Positions 39,894 through 51,378 of a stretch of DNA of 62,177 bases are shown here, piece by piece (within the stretch, counting starts at the first letter, position 1; every line of letters starts with the position of its first letter). Source of the DNA: a virus (lineage: Duplodnaviria > Caudoviricetes). The notes under the pieces were generated by a model. The model ran no database searches. It was not told the DNA's origin and worked only from the letters and a program-made list of their open reading frames with translations. Position numbers and translations under genes: made by a program. The stretch covers positions 1 through 62,177 of the IMG/VR virus record IMGVR_UViG_3300022208_000003, one strand, 5' to 3'.

Positions 39894-40093
39894 TGTGCCT
39901 CATTATCGTTAATTTTATTTAATCTTGGCTCAATAAAATCACACAACGCGGCTGATATAATTTTTGCTGCTCCTTCTTCATCTAAAGCATGTACAACGCA
40001 CTTATGCCCCTCAATCCCTCTCGATATTCCCTCTAGAAAATAGAAAACTTCTTCACAAAAATTATCGACATCAAGCTCGTACTTGTTAATCAT
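39890..40093 (-). CDS. Hypothetical protein
   Basis: 67 aa with RBS. Confidence 0.6.
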   Translation of the reverse strand: MINKYELDVDNFCEEVFYFLEGISRGIEGHKCVVHALDEEGAAKIISAALCDFIEPRLNKINDNEAQ

Positions 40094-40101
40094 TTCCCCT
40101 C

Positions 40102-40509
40102 CTATTTAATAGCGCCATCACCAATATACCAAACATCAATCGGCAACCCAAAGTGCTTAATCGTGCTGTTCATCCTAATCAAATACTTTACATCCTTCTC
40201 GCTCTCCATGATCAAGACGATGCCGGCACGCTTCCCTGTCTGGAGAGAATAGTAAAGGCTTTGCCCTATAGCCTCGGTCCATTTAGGAGCGAAATCCATT
40301 TCGACGGCAGAGGTTTGGGTAAGACAATCCACCCTTGTGCCATCAGGAAGAGCAACCTCCATCTGGCCGCGATGCTCGCACCATTGTTGCTGATAGTATT
40401 TTTCAGGGTTAAGATGCCCGGCGCTTGAGACTTTGTTGAAGGCCAGGACGAATAAGACTATCACCCATACGGCGAATAGTAGTTTCCCTAGATTTAATGG
40501 TTTTTTCAT
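40102..40509 (-). CDS. Exported protein with a PD-(D/E)XK-like core
   Basis: N-terminal signal/TM; E...LPDGTRVDC...AVEMDF..KW.EAIGQSL.Y. Confidence 0.65.
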   Translation of the reverse strand: MKKPLNLGKLLFAVWVIVLFVLAFNKVSSAGHLNPEKYYQQQWCEHRGQMEVALPDGTRVDCLTQTSAVEMDFAPKWTEAIGQSLYYSLQTGKRAGIVLIMESEKDVKYLIRMNSTIKHFGLPIDVWYIGDGAIK

Positions 40510-40513
40510 TTCC

Positions 40514-42154
40514 CTATCCCCATGTTCCAGCACGTTTGATTTTAGACGGCACCGGGAAGAACGCCATATTAACCGCGTCTGCAAGATCCGGGCTCTTTAC
40601 ACCGTTTGGATTTTTGTCGACCAGTATGCGTCCCTGTCCGTCATGGCTAAATGTAGGCTGTGAAAGCTGCTGGATAAGCTTGTCGTAGCCCGATATCGTG
40701 GAATCGATTGATATTAATTCATCAATCGGATAACTTTCATTATTATATACTACTTTATAAGTTTTTTCAAACCTTGTTCTCAGCGACCAGTAAGCCTGGG
40801 CTTTAAGGTTTTTGAACGTATCGCTGTTTTTTGGAGATTCTTTGTCGCCTTTTATCGTGTTTTCGTCCGGGTTGAGTACTCTTGCGCTCGCCGCCCATGG
40901 GATGATCTCCAGTTTTCCGAAATTGAATTTACCCTCACGCCGGAGACGGTTAACTTCGCTTTTGGCGGTTGCTCCTACCCCTATACAATCGTAGCAGATG
41001 GTGTTGATTAAGCGCTGGCGGCATTCTACCACGGCCTTTAATGTCGCTTGGCCGGCATCGCCTGTCTGCCATTCGTCGAGGTTGGTAAGGACTATCCCTT
41101 TGCGTATGGCTAAGGCTTTTGAGTCACCTTCTTCTTCGTCGGCTAGGTCAAGGCCGGCAAAAGATAGGCCGGATAATGCTTCTGGGTGTTTTAGGTGGAA
41201 ATCGATGGCGGCTTTTACCCAAGCGGCTTTTATTAGAACTCCGGTTATTGATGCTGTTCTGTCGCGGTCTACCTCTTGAGCGAAGATATGTAAAAGCCCT
41301 TCTCGTTCAGCCTTATCGCGTCTTTTTTGGTACCATTGTTCATCTTTTAGCGGGTGGCTCCTCCAATCAAAGATGAACACTCTTGTTGTCCCTGGTTTAA
41401 TCTTTTTGCCAGTTTCCCACTCTTCTCCCTGTTGACGCTTGCGAGCAATAATATTTGCGTTGCCGTTTACTGATGAAATATCAATACGCACTTCAGTTGT
41501 GGCAGATAAGCTTGCTTCAATCATCTCTAATCTTTCAATGTGTTCAGCTTCATCTACCAGGTATAGGCTTTTTCTTCCCCCACGCCCCAGATTTGTGCCT
41601 GCTTCACCGGTAATGGTAGAACCATTCTCTGGATTTATTATTTTCATGAAAGAGAAATGTTTTTGTTCTGAAAATCCTTCAGGCAACAAAAAACTAGGAA
41701 GGTATCTAATCTGCATCCTAACCTTCTCCAGGACACTGTCTGGGTCCCCTATCTTATCCACAAGGATCTCTTTTCTACTACCCCATCCGACGCTACTACC
41801 CTCCTCAAATAGCCACAGGTAAACAGTGTAGGCAGTCCCGCACCAAGTCATACCGGCATCCCTTGTCTTCTCAACTATACCAGACTCTTGGTCAATATAG
41901 CATTCATGGAGGAATTGAATAAATTCTATTTGCCGAGGGAAAAGAACGAAAGGCATTATGGTTGGGAGATCCTCACTGCTTGCATTGCGAGGATCATAAG
42001 TAATGCCGAAGTCTTGTATGAATTCAACAGGCTTTCCGCGATAATATTCCTTGCACCCTAGCTGAAGGATCGGATCTGATTGAATTTTAATGATCCTCGC
42101 CTGTCGCTCCATGAAGATTTCGGTATAGCTTTTATAGGGCCAAGCATTACTCAT
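40514..42154 (-). CDS. terL: Terminase large subunit
   Basis: Walker A-like EKTRDAGMT, Walker B YLVDE, nuclease GLDLA and SPDLADA. Confidence 0.92.
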   Translation of the reverse strand: MSNAWPYKSYTEIFMERQARIIKIQSDPILQLGCKEYYRGKPVEFIQDFGITYDPRNASSEDLPTIMPFVLFPRQIEFIQFLHECYIDQESGIVEKTRDAGMTWCGTAYTVYLWLFEEGSSVGWGSRKEILVDKIGDPDSVLEKVRMQIRYLPSFLLPEGFSEQKHFSFMKIINPENGSTITGEAGTNLGRGGRKSLYLVDEAEHIERLEMIEASLSATTEVRIDISSVNGNANIIARKRQQGEEWETGKKIKPGTTRVFIFDWRSHPLKDEQWYQKRRDKAEREGLLHIFAQEVDRDRTASITGVLIKAAWVKAAIDFHLKHPEALSGLSFAGLDLADEEEGDSKALAIRKGIVLTNLDEWQTGDAGQATLKAVVECRQRLINTICYDCIGVGATAKSEVNRLRREGKFNFGKLEIIPWAASARVLNPDENTIKGDKESPKNSDTFKNLKAQAYWSLRTRFEKTYKVVYNNESYPIDELISIDSTISGYDKLIQQLSQPTFSHDGQGRILVDKNPNGVKSPDLADAVNMAFFPVPSKIKRAGTWG

Positions 42155-42677
42155 TATTAACACTTACCCTCAACATGGATTACATTCTCTATTCTCAACG
42201 ATCATTCCTGATTCCGTGTCAACTACATGGTACCAGTCGATATCGTCAGCAGTATATTTTAGAACTCCCTCAACCCCTGCCGCATCCCTGCTATCAAACG
42301 ACCCGAGGTAGTCGAACATTCCACCTTTAGGGTAGAATTGGCTCCCTCCAAATAGTATGAATCTTTTCATTTCCCTCTCCTATGTTTCCTCAGCATTTTC
42401 AACTATATCAAGAATTGCTTTGATTATCTCTTCCTTCGAATAGCTTGAAAGCTTTTCCTCCATATCTTTTCGTGAACACGTTGGATGATGATAGGTAGAT
42501 TTTTGTACGTGATATTCAAGATCTCCTATTTTGATCGAACCACCAGCATAAGGCATATCAAGGTCGATCCTGTCGTTTCCTATCTTAGCTTCACTTTGTG
42601 AGCACATTTTCCATCCTCCTTAACTTCACACGCACAAAACGTAATTGTCTTCCATCATCATGCCATCTCATAGACCG

Positions 42678-42854
42678 TTAATCAGGCCTATCATTCCATA
42701 TAGCGACGGCCTCCACCTCATTTTCGGCCGTTTTTGTCGGTCCGATAAGTCCACATGCTCGACAACGAACTACAAGGAAAGAATTTTCCGGATGCGGCTC
42801 GACACCTAAAAGATCTGTCCGCTTGCAAAATGGGCATGGTTTTGGCTTTTCCAT
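42678..42854 (-). CDS. Lar-family restriction alleviation-like zinc-ribbon protein
   Basis: MEKPKPCPFC...VRCRACG..GP....EAVAIWNDR, translated by hand (58 aa). Confidence 0.8.
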   Translation of the reverse strand: MEKPKPCPFCKRTDLLGVEPHPENSFLVVRCRACGLIGPTKTAENEVEAVAIWNDRPD

Positions 42855-42875
42855 TATCCTATCCCCTCCTCATTA

Positions 42876-43791
42876 GCTCCATATACAACCATTATATTAT
42901 ACTCAATGATGGTTTCATTCATGAAATTTGAATACTCACAATTATTCCGTCTTCAAATTCAATCGTAGTACCTTTTCCGCCATTGCTAGCGAATAACGCC
43001 AATGGAATTCTTCTCACACCTAAGCTCTCTAGCGATCCGACTTTTTGCACGGCAACTCTTACCGTCTCCCCTTCCCTCTTCAGCTCACTAAGAATCTCGT
43101 CAATACGCATCATTTTCCCGTCCAATAACCTTCCTCTCCAGAGCTCCAGAACCCTCAAACAACAACGTCTTATTTTCACCGCTACAATTATCTATAACGG
43201 CAGATCCTGTGTACCCATGACTTTCAACGGTGACGTAATCGTTTTCATGACAGCTTTGCAAGATATGTAATATTGATTCTTCATCCTCAAAAAAAGCAAA
43301 CCCTCTCCAATATCTCAAACCAGGCTTACCGCCAATTCCGTAGTCTTGCGAAAAACTAAGTTTGATCATACAGGGGATGCCGTTGATTGTTCCGTTTTTC
43401 TCGCTCATTATTCCAACCCCACATCATCATCAGCGGTGCTATTTCTTAGCCCCCAGAGCCCTTCCCTGTATCTGTATATCGTTACTTCCTCACCTTCAGA
43501 TATAACCATCAGCCCATGCTTTTTACAGAGGGCTTCATACTCCCTGTAAAACGCTTCGTAATTTTCCGGAAGTTTGCCATCCCACGATTCACACCAGCCG
43601 TCCTTCTTGCCTTGAGCGTATTCAATGACGTCAAGATCAGCCTTCTTGCATCTTACTAGGTCGTTTTCTATATTTTCGACATTAGATCTTTCAAGGTTTA
43701 TGCACGTATCGCACCATCTATTCATCCCCCCTCCTCCTTGGCTCCATATACAACCATTATATTATACTCAATGATTGTTTCATTCATGAAA
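42876..43791. repeat. 51-bp direct repeat (42876-42926 and 43741-43791, one mismatch) flanking three small ORFs
   Basis: gctccatatacaaccattatattatactcaatgat(g/t)gtttcattcatgaaa. Confidence 0.9.
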
Positions 43792-44303
43792 GACTTAGAT
43801 CCAACCGGGATGAAGGTTATAGACTCAACTCCATTCTCCTTTTGGATCTTTTCAATATTATTTCTCGTGTAATGATAAATTTCAAACCTTTTGCCATTAC
43901 CTACCTTGGTTTGTATCGGTGTTAGCTCCATCCATCCCTCCTTAACCCTGGCAATCCCCATGGTGATCATTCAATAACCCCATTCAACTCTTTTGCATGT
44001 CGCACCTTGTGATTCAAGCCATGGGACTAGCTTGGTTTTGAAACACTCAGGACACATGTCAACAATGTAGTTTGTACCACATCCTCCATCAGGATAAGAG
44101 CTTCCATCCTTCTGTCTAACTACAACCTCAATCTCAACTTCGTTTACTTCGTAACTTGATGATTCCCAATCTCCCCTACTTGCTATCTTACCGCAAAGAT
44201 CGCACTTTGTTTCAACCAGCTTTTCTACTATGCTAGTAACTTTTTCTTCCTTATAAATTCTCATTTCGTTCCCCTACCTTTATTTCGTTAAGACGCGCAA
44301 CTT

Positions 44304-44663
44304 TCATTTCTTTTTCTTCTTATTTTTTATCCTCACCGTCACCAATAACCCTCTTTCGTTAAAAACCTTTTTTGTTTTCGCCTTTCTTTTCTTCTTCTTA
44401 TGCTGTAGATTTCTTTTCTTTTTGGCTGGAAGTTTTCCATGCTCGCCCATATGGCATCTATTACATAGCAATATTAAATCGTCAGGCTCTTCATCAAATA
44501 ACCTTTCATACGTTATATGATGTACCTGCTTTCCATTCTTTCCGCATAACTCGCATTTCCCACCCCTAAGGATAATGATATCAGCTCTTATTTTGGCCCA
44601 TTCAGCCGATATGATATAAGCTTTATACTTCTTCTTGCGATCTGTTATATTTTTCCAATGCAT
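44304..44663 (-). CDS. HNH endonuclease with a basic tail
   Basis: CELCG..QVHHITY...LILLCNRCH. Confidence 0.88.
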   Translation of the reverse strand: MHWKNITDRKKKYKAYIISAEWAKIRADIIILRGGKCELCGKNGKQVHHITYERLFDEEPDDLILLCNRCHMGEHGKLPAKKKRNLQHKKKKRKAKTKKVFNERGLLVTVRIKNKKKKK

Positions 44664-44807
44664 AAAACAAAAAAGGCTTTACCAACGGTACCGATTCCTT
44701 GAGAGAAAAACCGGTAGGGAACCCGTTGATAAAGCCTTCTTAGCCCCTCAAGTATTTTTTTAAAAGCTCCATCGTTTCCCAGGCGACTTCATAGCTTTGA
44801 CACTTCC

Positions 44808-44835
44808 ATTATACAGGTTTCGTTGTGGTTGTCAA
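44808..44835 (-). promoter_or_regulatory. Sigma70-type promoter upstream of a structured leader and the HNH gene
   Basis: TTGACA-16-TATAAT. Confidence 0.75.
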
Positions 44836-47800
44836 CCTTTCTCGTCAACATTCCTATCAGCTTCAAAACCTTTAGCTATAGAAATCAATATTGCCCTTAT
44901 TTCGGCAAATTCATTTTCGGTCATTTTTCGAGACACTGAAACTTTCTCATTGCCTACTACGATTTCATAATCTTCTGTTGAGATAATATTTGTTCCGATT
45001 AAAACGCAATTATTATGGGTGCAGGTAGATCCATCGCCGATTATTACGTTATTTTTTCCAGGACACTTGTTCATTCATACACCTCAATACCAGGCTTTTT
45101 TGGTGCCCATCTCATTTATTTCACATCCCACTCATCGCACAAACTAATATCCTGATGCTGTACCTCCACCCCACTGGAACACTCCGATTTAACCGTTCTG
45201 GAATTGCTCCCGTCGACGATGAACTTCTTTAACTTGTGGTGTTTACAGGTTCGGCAGGTTTTTTCTTTCATTGATTATTGATTCTCCTTGTTTAATAATA
45301 GTTAAATTACCATCATAAGGAGGATGAGATCCGATGCCAATTACCTCTTTAATCTCGACCCATTCCCCGACAAACTCTTCGCCTGGGTTGAGCTTCACAG
45401 CGTCACTCCCCATCGTAGATGACATTTAAAGAAATTATAACAATTTCTCGTGCTTTTAATCTATCCTTAATTTTATCATAAAGAATTTTGTATTCATCAT
45501 TATTCTTAACGCGCCTAACATCTTCCACTGATCCGCTTGAATGAACTAATTTTCCATTACGGTTATGTAATACGCAATAATTATACAAAACCATGATTAT
45601 GCATACCTCCAATACCCACTGCAAATCACCCTGCCATCGTCAGGATAGATAATCGTCACGACCTCGTCGCGCTTGCAGCCATAAGGATATTCATCACCGA
45701 TAGCGCACCGGCACGTGTTGCAGTACTCAGAGCCTTTCGCTGGGTTTTTGCCGGCAGCCTCCATACGTTCATCTGCTTCTTCGAATGCTCTTATTTCGAA
45801 TAGGTCTCCGGTGTGTTCGTTATTCATTTCCCCTCTTCCTCAAATCGAATCAGTGCGTCGTAGAGATATTTTGGGATTTCTCTCCACCAGAAACATCCAA
45901 ACACATCTTTACCTCCACCAAAAAAACTTCTACCATCGCTCTTTACATAACATAAATAGCAACAGGTTATTTTTATAGGAGGATCATTTTCAGTGAATCC
46001 AGTGCACGTTTCGTCACCATCTACATCGTAAAGGCCTCTATCAACTTCTACAGAAGATAAGCATCTCATGTCTCCATGAGGGTCTTTTCTCAGAGAAGAA
46101 TACTTACATGCATCGCAATACTTGAACCCCATCACTCTTCTCCCTTTACCATTTCAGCGTAGAGCCGTGCTGCATCCTTCGGGCTCATTTGCAAGGTAAT
46201 AACCTTGTGTTCAGGCTTATCAGCGCTTCCTGTGTTTTCTGTCCTCTCGGTAAACCCGTGATTGGTAGAAAGGATGAGCCTTGTTATAGTCGGGTTGTAT
46301 TCGTTATCAAGCCCACCCTCGCATAGTCTTGAACACTGCTTTGTTTTGCATACCTCAAGTAGCCATGCAAGGTGCTCACTTTCTTTAGCCCAATCATAAA
46401 TCCTTGACCTGGGAATAAACACATCGTTTCTAGCGCAAAACGATGATACAAAAGGCCTATCAGTAGTCTGAATGTACTCCTCAAACATGCCGATTATTTT
46501 AAGTTTTTCCCTGTCAGTATACTGCCGCCCAGGCATGTGTCCTACCCGTTTAAATTAATCATTATTATCAATATTTTAAAAAATGATGATTTTTGTCACT
46601 TTTTGTCACTTTTTGTCATAATCTTCTTGTTTGTCTCTATACGATAAAGCATCATGAAGCTTATGGTAGACATATTTATTATTCGTCATAACCTTAATAT
46701 CAAGATCGATATTAAAAGACCTGGCGACAACTCCCATGAGCCATAACCCAAACCGGCTTCTCCCGATGCCGGTTACCTTGACGTGTAATTCACCTATTGT
46801 TTCCATTATTTTTTTATACACATTGGATAAGTTTTAACATGCCCATACGGTGTGTTCCCTGCTGAATTATCAGTTATCTTCAGCCTTTTTGAATTAGCTA
46901 CACACTCTTCCATTGTTTCATATACTGGTGATAATTCAACAACCTGTCCAAATGCCCCGCCTGCTTCAAATCCAGCGGTAATAGACAAAATCAAAACAAT
47001 CTTAAACATTTCCCCTCCGTAGCAAATTATTGTTTTTCCACGGCGTTTATTCTGCACGTGCATTCGTGGTGGTAATCATATGAGACTATAATATCGTACT
47101 CATCTATTATTTCCACCACAACGGCTGGCTTCCTCGTTGCTTTGTGAACCACGACATCGCCTATTTCAAATGGTTTTTCCGGCATACTCTACCTCTTTAC
47201 GGTTAAATTATTGATAGATAAACTTTAATTATCATTCTACCTACATGGGAGAATGATTGCCGTTATTGGCTACCGTAAAAAGGATTGGTTACATTTTTCT
47301 ATATTTTACCACAGGTTCGTCAATTTTGAAAACTTTTTCAACGAGATAGAGGCGCATCATTGAATTTACTCCGACGGCAAACAGTATCATCCCGACGGCG
47401 AGCTTTACGCTTACCGATGACATGATAGTGATTCCGGCTACAAATTGCACTAGAGCCACAAGATGCTCAATCACTCTTGCCTTGTCTTTTTGCATGAAAT
47501 TTAGCCACCATTCTGTCTATATTTTCTGTGTCACTGGTATTTCTGTTTAGCATAATATTATTGCCCCATAATACTATAAAAACGCCAATTGCTACTTTAG
47601 GGCTAACAGTATAAATAATTACTCCACCAGTAATTCCCAATATTATTGATAAAATATCATTTAGTATCTTTTTTTGCATCTTTCGCCGCCTTTATCTCGC
47701 ATTTTGCGCATAGGCTAAATTCTGTTAGCTCTCCGCATTTACATGTGTTCATTTTTTGTTAATTTTAATAATTTGCACTCAAACATCCATCTTGGCTTAA

Positions 47801-48800
47801 GAAAAAATACATATTTTAATTTATATAAAAAATTAGAATCGCAATAATTACACCAACCTAATGGAGGTCTCAACTGTTCACGATGACCGTCGTATCGATA
47901 ATATAAATATTTTTTAATGATATTATGCATCACTTCTCACATCCACCATCACAAGTTTTACTCTATTCCCACGCCGAGCACCCAACAGGACCTTGATAGC
48001 CTATTTCATGGAAAATGTTGATGAATTTTGAATTACACACATAACTATTGCCTGTAATTCCACTTATTCGCGATTTCTTAATAACTTGTTTTTCGAAATC
48101 TTCTCTTGAAGAAATTATTTTACCATTTTTACAAGTATCGCAAAGTTGAGTTTTCATTTCTCACACCATCCCGTACAAGTCTTCCCCCAGCAGTAATCAT
48201 TACAAAGGCAGGGTATATCCAAGCACTCTGCCCGGTCCTTGCCACTTCGCCCGAGATTGCACCGTCCTGCATTTGGACACTTGGAATCGTCTTGGAGTAT
48301 TTTAAGCTCTATTCGACCGGCCATTAAGTTGTACCTGAAGTTTTGTATTCGATTACTAGATCTCCGGTATACGTTGTTTCCCACCATGGGGTTGTCGGTA
48401 TCCATGGTGCTGGATAATAATGATAAATAAAAGTTGGGGACTCCTGGGGGAATATATCATTCAAAACTTTCTGGAGATTTTTTGCCTCATCAAGAGATAG
48501 CTTGAGCTCTTCTCCTTCCCTTATTTTTATTGTGATGTGCCCTAATTCCATTTACCATCCCCCCTTATCGGATATACTTTAACCAGTCGTTTTCTGTTCT
48601 TTAGTCTTGTTTTTAGCTCTTTTTTCAGAGCTAACATTCGGCTTTTGATAATAAGCTCTCCTGTAGCAATCTCTACCCCTGCCATATGCAAATACCTACC
48701 ATAATTGGAGAGAGTATAAATAAACCAATAATAATTCCGAATATTGATCCTCCAATAACGCCAGATTCAGGCTTCCAAAATTTTATCATCATCACCATCT
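44832..48800 (-). other. Array of small hypothetical ORFs (several CxxC or membrane proteins) around terS
   Basis: Contiguous minus-strand ORFs of 50-105 aa. Confidence 0.65.
46132..46536 (-). CDS. terS: Terminase small subunit (P22 gp3-like)
   Basis: IYDW...GGL..EYNPTITRLILSTNHGFTER pattern. Confidence 0.7.
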   Translation of the reverse strand: MPGRQYTDREKLKIIGMFEEYIQTTDRPFVSSFCARNDVFIPRSRIYDWAKESEHLAWLLEVCKTKQCSRLCEGGLDNEYNPTITRLILSTNHGFTERTENTGSADKPEHKVITLQMSPKDAARLYAEMVKGEE

Positions 48801-48819
48801 CCCCTTATCAGATCGTGAG

Positions 48820-49314
48820 TTACAGTTCCTTCTTGTAATTTTCGATTCGTTTGATGTAGTTGATTGTCTCCTCTGCATGCCTACCTGTTACTTTTGGCAA
48901 AACCTCCGCCAAACTCTCCCATTTATCAGGAATATTGGCTAGCTTCTGGGCTTTGAGGATGTTGCCAAGGCCAGCGTTGTAAGAGGCAAACATGTAGCGG
49001 ATTCGTTCCAAACCTTTTTCCGCCTTCCATATATCGTATATTCGGCGGTCGTAATAAATACCGGCAGTTATATTGATAGCCGGGTCATAGGGATCATTCC
49101 TTAGCCCAAGTGAGCTGCGGATCTCCTGCCATGTAAACGGCATGAGCTGCATTAGCCCCATTGCTCCTACCGGACTTACGGCACTCGGATTAAGACTACT
49201 CTCTGCTAATGCTTGGGCTTTAAACCACTTCCAGCCAATATTGGTATCTTTGAAATAACTGCTTGCTGTCATGGTAAAAAACCAATCATATTGAGTAGTA
49301 TAGTTTTCTCTCAT
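48820..49314 (-). CDS. SLT-family lytic transglycosylase (probable endolysin)
   Basis: AES..NPSAVSPVGAMGLMQLMP and ASYNAG. Confidence 0.92.
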   Translation of the reverse strand: MRENYTTQYDWFFTMTASSYFKDTNIGWKWFKAQALAESSLNPSAVSPVGAMGLMQLMPFTWQEIRSSLGLRNDPYDPAINITAGIYYDRRIYDIWKAEKGLERIRYMFASYNAGLGNILKAQKLANIPDKWESLAEVLPKVTGRHAEETINYIKRIENYKKEL

Positions 49315-49607
49315 TATTTACATCCATCTATCCAGAGCAGAAATAAAAGACAACATCCAGCATGCGCAAGATGATGCTGTCCGCTCTCTTCGTCGAATAT
49401 CTCCCCACTCCACCATGCATCAATATGCCTCATCATTGCCGCAAAATACCTACGCTTTGCATCAGGCACATCTTGCCATTGCTCAGGTCCATATTTTTCA
49501 GCCCCAAACGTTAACACGTCGACGATCATTCTTATCGGTCCGAACGGTAGGAGATCCCACATCGGCTTTCCGTTGTCGCGTTTAAGTTCATCTCCCCTTT
49601 CGCCCAT
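49314..49607 (-). CDS. DUF5664-type dATP/dGTP diphosphohydrolase domain protein
   Basis: DNGKPMWDLLP, FGAEKY, AAMMRH..AW..GE..DEESG.HHLAHA. Confidence 0.85.
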   Translation of the reverse strand: MGERGDELKRDNGKPMWDLLPFGPIRMIVDVLTFGAEKYGPEQWQDVPDAKRRYFAAMMRHIDAWWSGEIFDEESGQHHLAHAGCCLLFLLWIDGCK

Positions 49608-49897
49608 TATTCACCATCTCCATACATCATCTCAGCCGCCTGCATCAAGACCTTCTCGACCTCCTCTTCGTCAAATTCTCTCCGGTAAATATCCTGGATC
49701 GCATGCAGTAACTCGTGGACAACAGAAGTGGTAAATATTTCTTCAAAGGATATCGGATATTCCTTGTCTACAGACGTATTCACCATGGCCTCAATATTCA
49801 CGGCTATTTCCGTTACCGGTTCTCTTACAGATCCTGTGAGGTATCCAGCAAACGCCGGTATTTCGTTGTTAGGTGTTATTCTTACTTTAATTTCCAT
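49607..49897 (-). CDS. HExxH metallopeptidase-like protein
   Basis: VVHELLH...EEEVE. Confidence 0.6.
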   Translation of the reverse strand: MEIKVRITPNNEIPAFAGYLTGSVREPVTEIAVNIEAMVNTSVDKEYPISFEEIFTTSVVHELLHAIQDIYRREFDEEEVEKVLMQAAEMMYGDGE

Positions 49898-50168
49898 TAG
49901 CTTATACCGTTACGTTCGAATTGAATCCAGGCTCTTCCGTATTCCCAATAACATAGACCAGAAATAACATCTAAATTAACCTTGCTATCTCTCCATGGTC
50001 TAATGAGATTACCAAACTCCATTTTTAAAACCAATCTCCACCTCGGTAGCTCACCTCCTCCCGGCATAGGCTTTTCCTCGTTACGCCCTGGGCAGGTTTC
50101 GCACTCCAGGTCTAGTTCCTGTGCTCTATTACAACGGAAATCACAGGCCGGAAGGCATTTTTTTGGTA

Positions 50169-50600
50169 TTATTTCCACCCAAACCCCCAACTAAACGGAA
50201 GCTTCAATCCCTCGATTCCGCCGGCTTGTACGCCTTCAAACATAAGCTTTCCAAGCCCTATTGAATGCGCTGCGGCGACGTCTTTCATTAGCTCGGTATC
50301 GGCGTATAACTTGGCAAGGTCATCCCCTAGTTTTCCAAGCCAGTACCTGACATCGTGCCAGAAACAAGCTGGATAAATCGAAACTTGTTCAAGAGAAAAT
50401 CCTTTACGCTTAAGAAACGAATCAGGCCAGCAGCTACAGCCATCAGACGAGAATGGGCTTATCTGCCAATCATTGATCATAATCTCATCCAACGAAACGA
50501 TGATGTCTTTTTTGTCAAACATAGAAGCTAGGCGCAATAGCTCCATATTGATTACTTCAACTCCTATTTCAGGCAGTTCCGGTAATTCTATGGTTCTCAT
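50169..50600 (-). CDS. Phospholipase A2-like/DUF1353-like protein
   Basis: DGCS...CFWHDVRY...AD motif. Confidence 0.55.
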   Translation of the reverse strand: MRTIELPELPEIGVEVINMELLRLASMFDKKDIIVSLDEIMINDWQISPFSSDGCSCWPDSFLKRKGFSLEQVSIYPACFWHDVRYWLGKLGDDLAKLYADTELMKDVAAAHSIGLGKLMFEGVQAGGIEGLKLPFSWGFGWK

Positions 50601-50848
50601 TTCTCCTCCGGTAATTCACATCTAAGGTTATGCTGGCACGATATGCACGGCTCCTCATCATCGTTTCCACGCCTAAATTTACAGGCGCAACATGGGAAAC
50701 ATAATTGGAACTCGTTATCGTCACATTCAAACTTATCGTGCTTTACTACGTAATCTCTTAACGCCATTTCCCCTCCAAGGTTAATCCAACCGCCCACAGG
50801 TCGAGAACTTCGGAGATTTGTGATTTTTTTTGGGCGGTTGAAACTTTA

Positions 50849-50989
50849 TTACTGCTTTTCTTTACCGCAAACAGTACAGCGGTAGACCTTAACGCCTACC
50901 GGGCCTTTGCCTGTCAGGTTGAATACACGGTTTCCGTTGCCGTGTAATTTGTCTTGTCCGTCGTGCTTGCATGTGCATTTTTGAATCAT
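50849..50989 (-). CDS. Small Cys-containing phage protein
   Basis: MIQKCTCKH..QD.LHG...RVFN...RCTVCG, translated by hand. Confidence 0.65.
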   Translation of the reverse strand: MIQKCTCKHDGQDKLHGNGNRVFNLTGKGPVGVKVYRCTVCGKEKQ

Positions 50990-51000
50990 TTTGCACCTCT

Positions 51001-51339
51001 TCAATCACTACTACCACCGCATGACGATCCACCATCATACGATGACCCGCCCGAGTAGTAGGATGAGCTGTCACTTACAGAAATATCACCATGATAATCA
51101 CTGCCACCGTGTGAACAATCGTCACCACTTAAAGATGCGCCGACAATTGCCCCTACGATACTTCCTCCAACAGCATAGCCTAAAAGTTCCGAGTCAGTCG
51201 CAGCGGCGACGATTGCACTTGTGCCAAAATCCTCTTCCGAATGGTTGTCATTCCTGGCGCTTGTTTTTAAACGAGTTGTTTCACTTCGTTTACGTTTAAC
51301 TTTCTTTTTCCTTTTGAATAACATTTTAAACCAATTCAT
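51001..51339 (-). CDS. Hypothetical protein with a Gly/Ser/Asp-rich tail
   Basis: Basic N-terminus, glycine zipper, low-complexity C-terminus. Confidence 0.65.
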   Translation of the reverse strand: MNWFKMLFKRKKKVKRKRSETTRLKTSARNDNHSEEDFGTSAIVAAATDSELLGYAVGGSIVGAIVGASLSGDDCSHGGSDYHGDISVSDSSSYYSGGSSYDGGSSCGGSSD

Positions 51340-51378
51340 TTCCTCTCCTATTTTACCATTGCCTGGTGAGTATGTAGC

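Larger units (their letters stand above)
42170..44264 (-). other. Cluster of small hypothetical ORFs between the HNH gene and terL
   Basis: Tightly packed ORFs with GGAGG-type RBSs (42170, 42380, 42919, 43100, 43408, 43722, 43971). Confidence 0.7.

Noticed and set aside
49314-49607. 2-aminoadenine (Z-genome) pathway suggested by the DUF5664-like gene
   Set aside because: No purZ, datZ or phage DNA polymerase recognised in the genome
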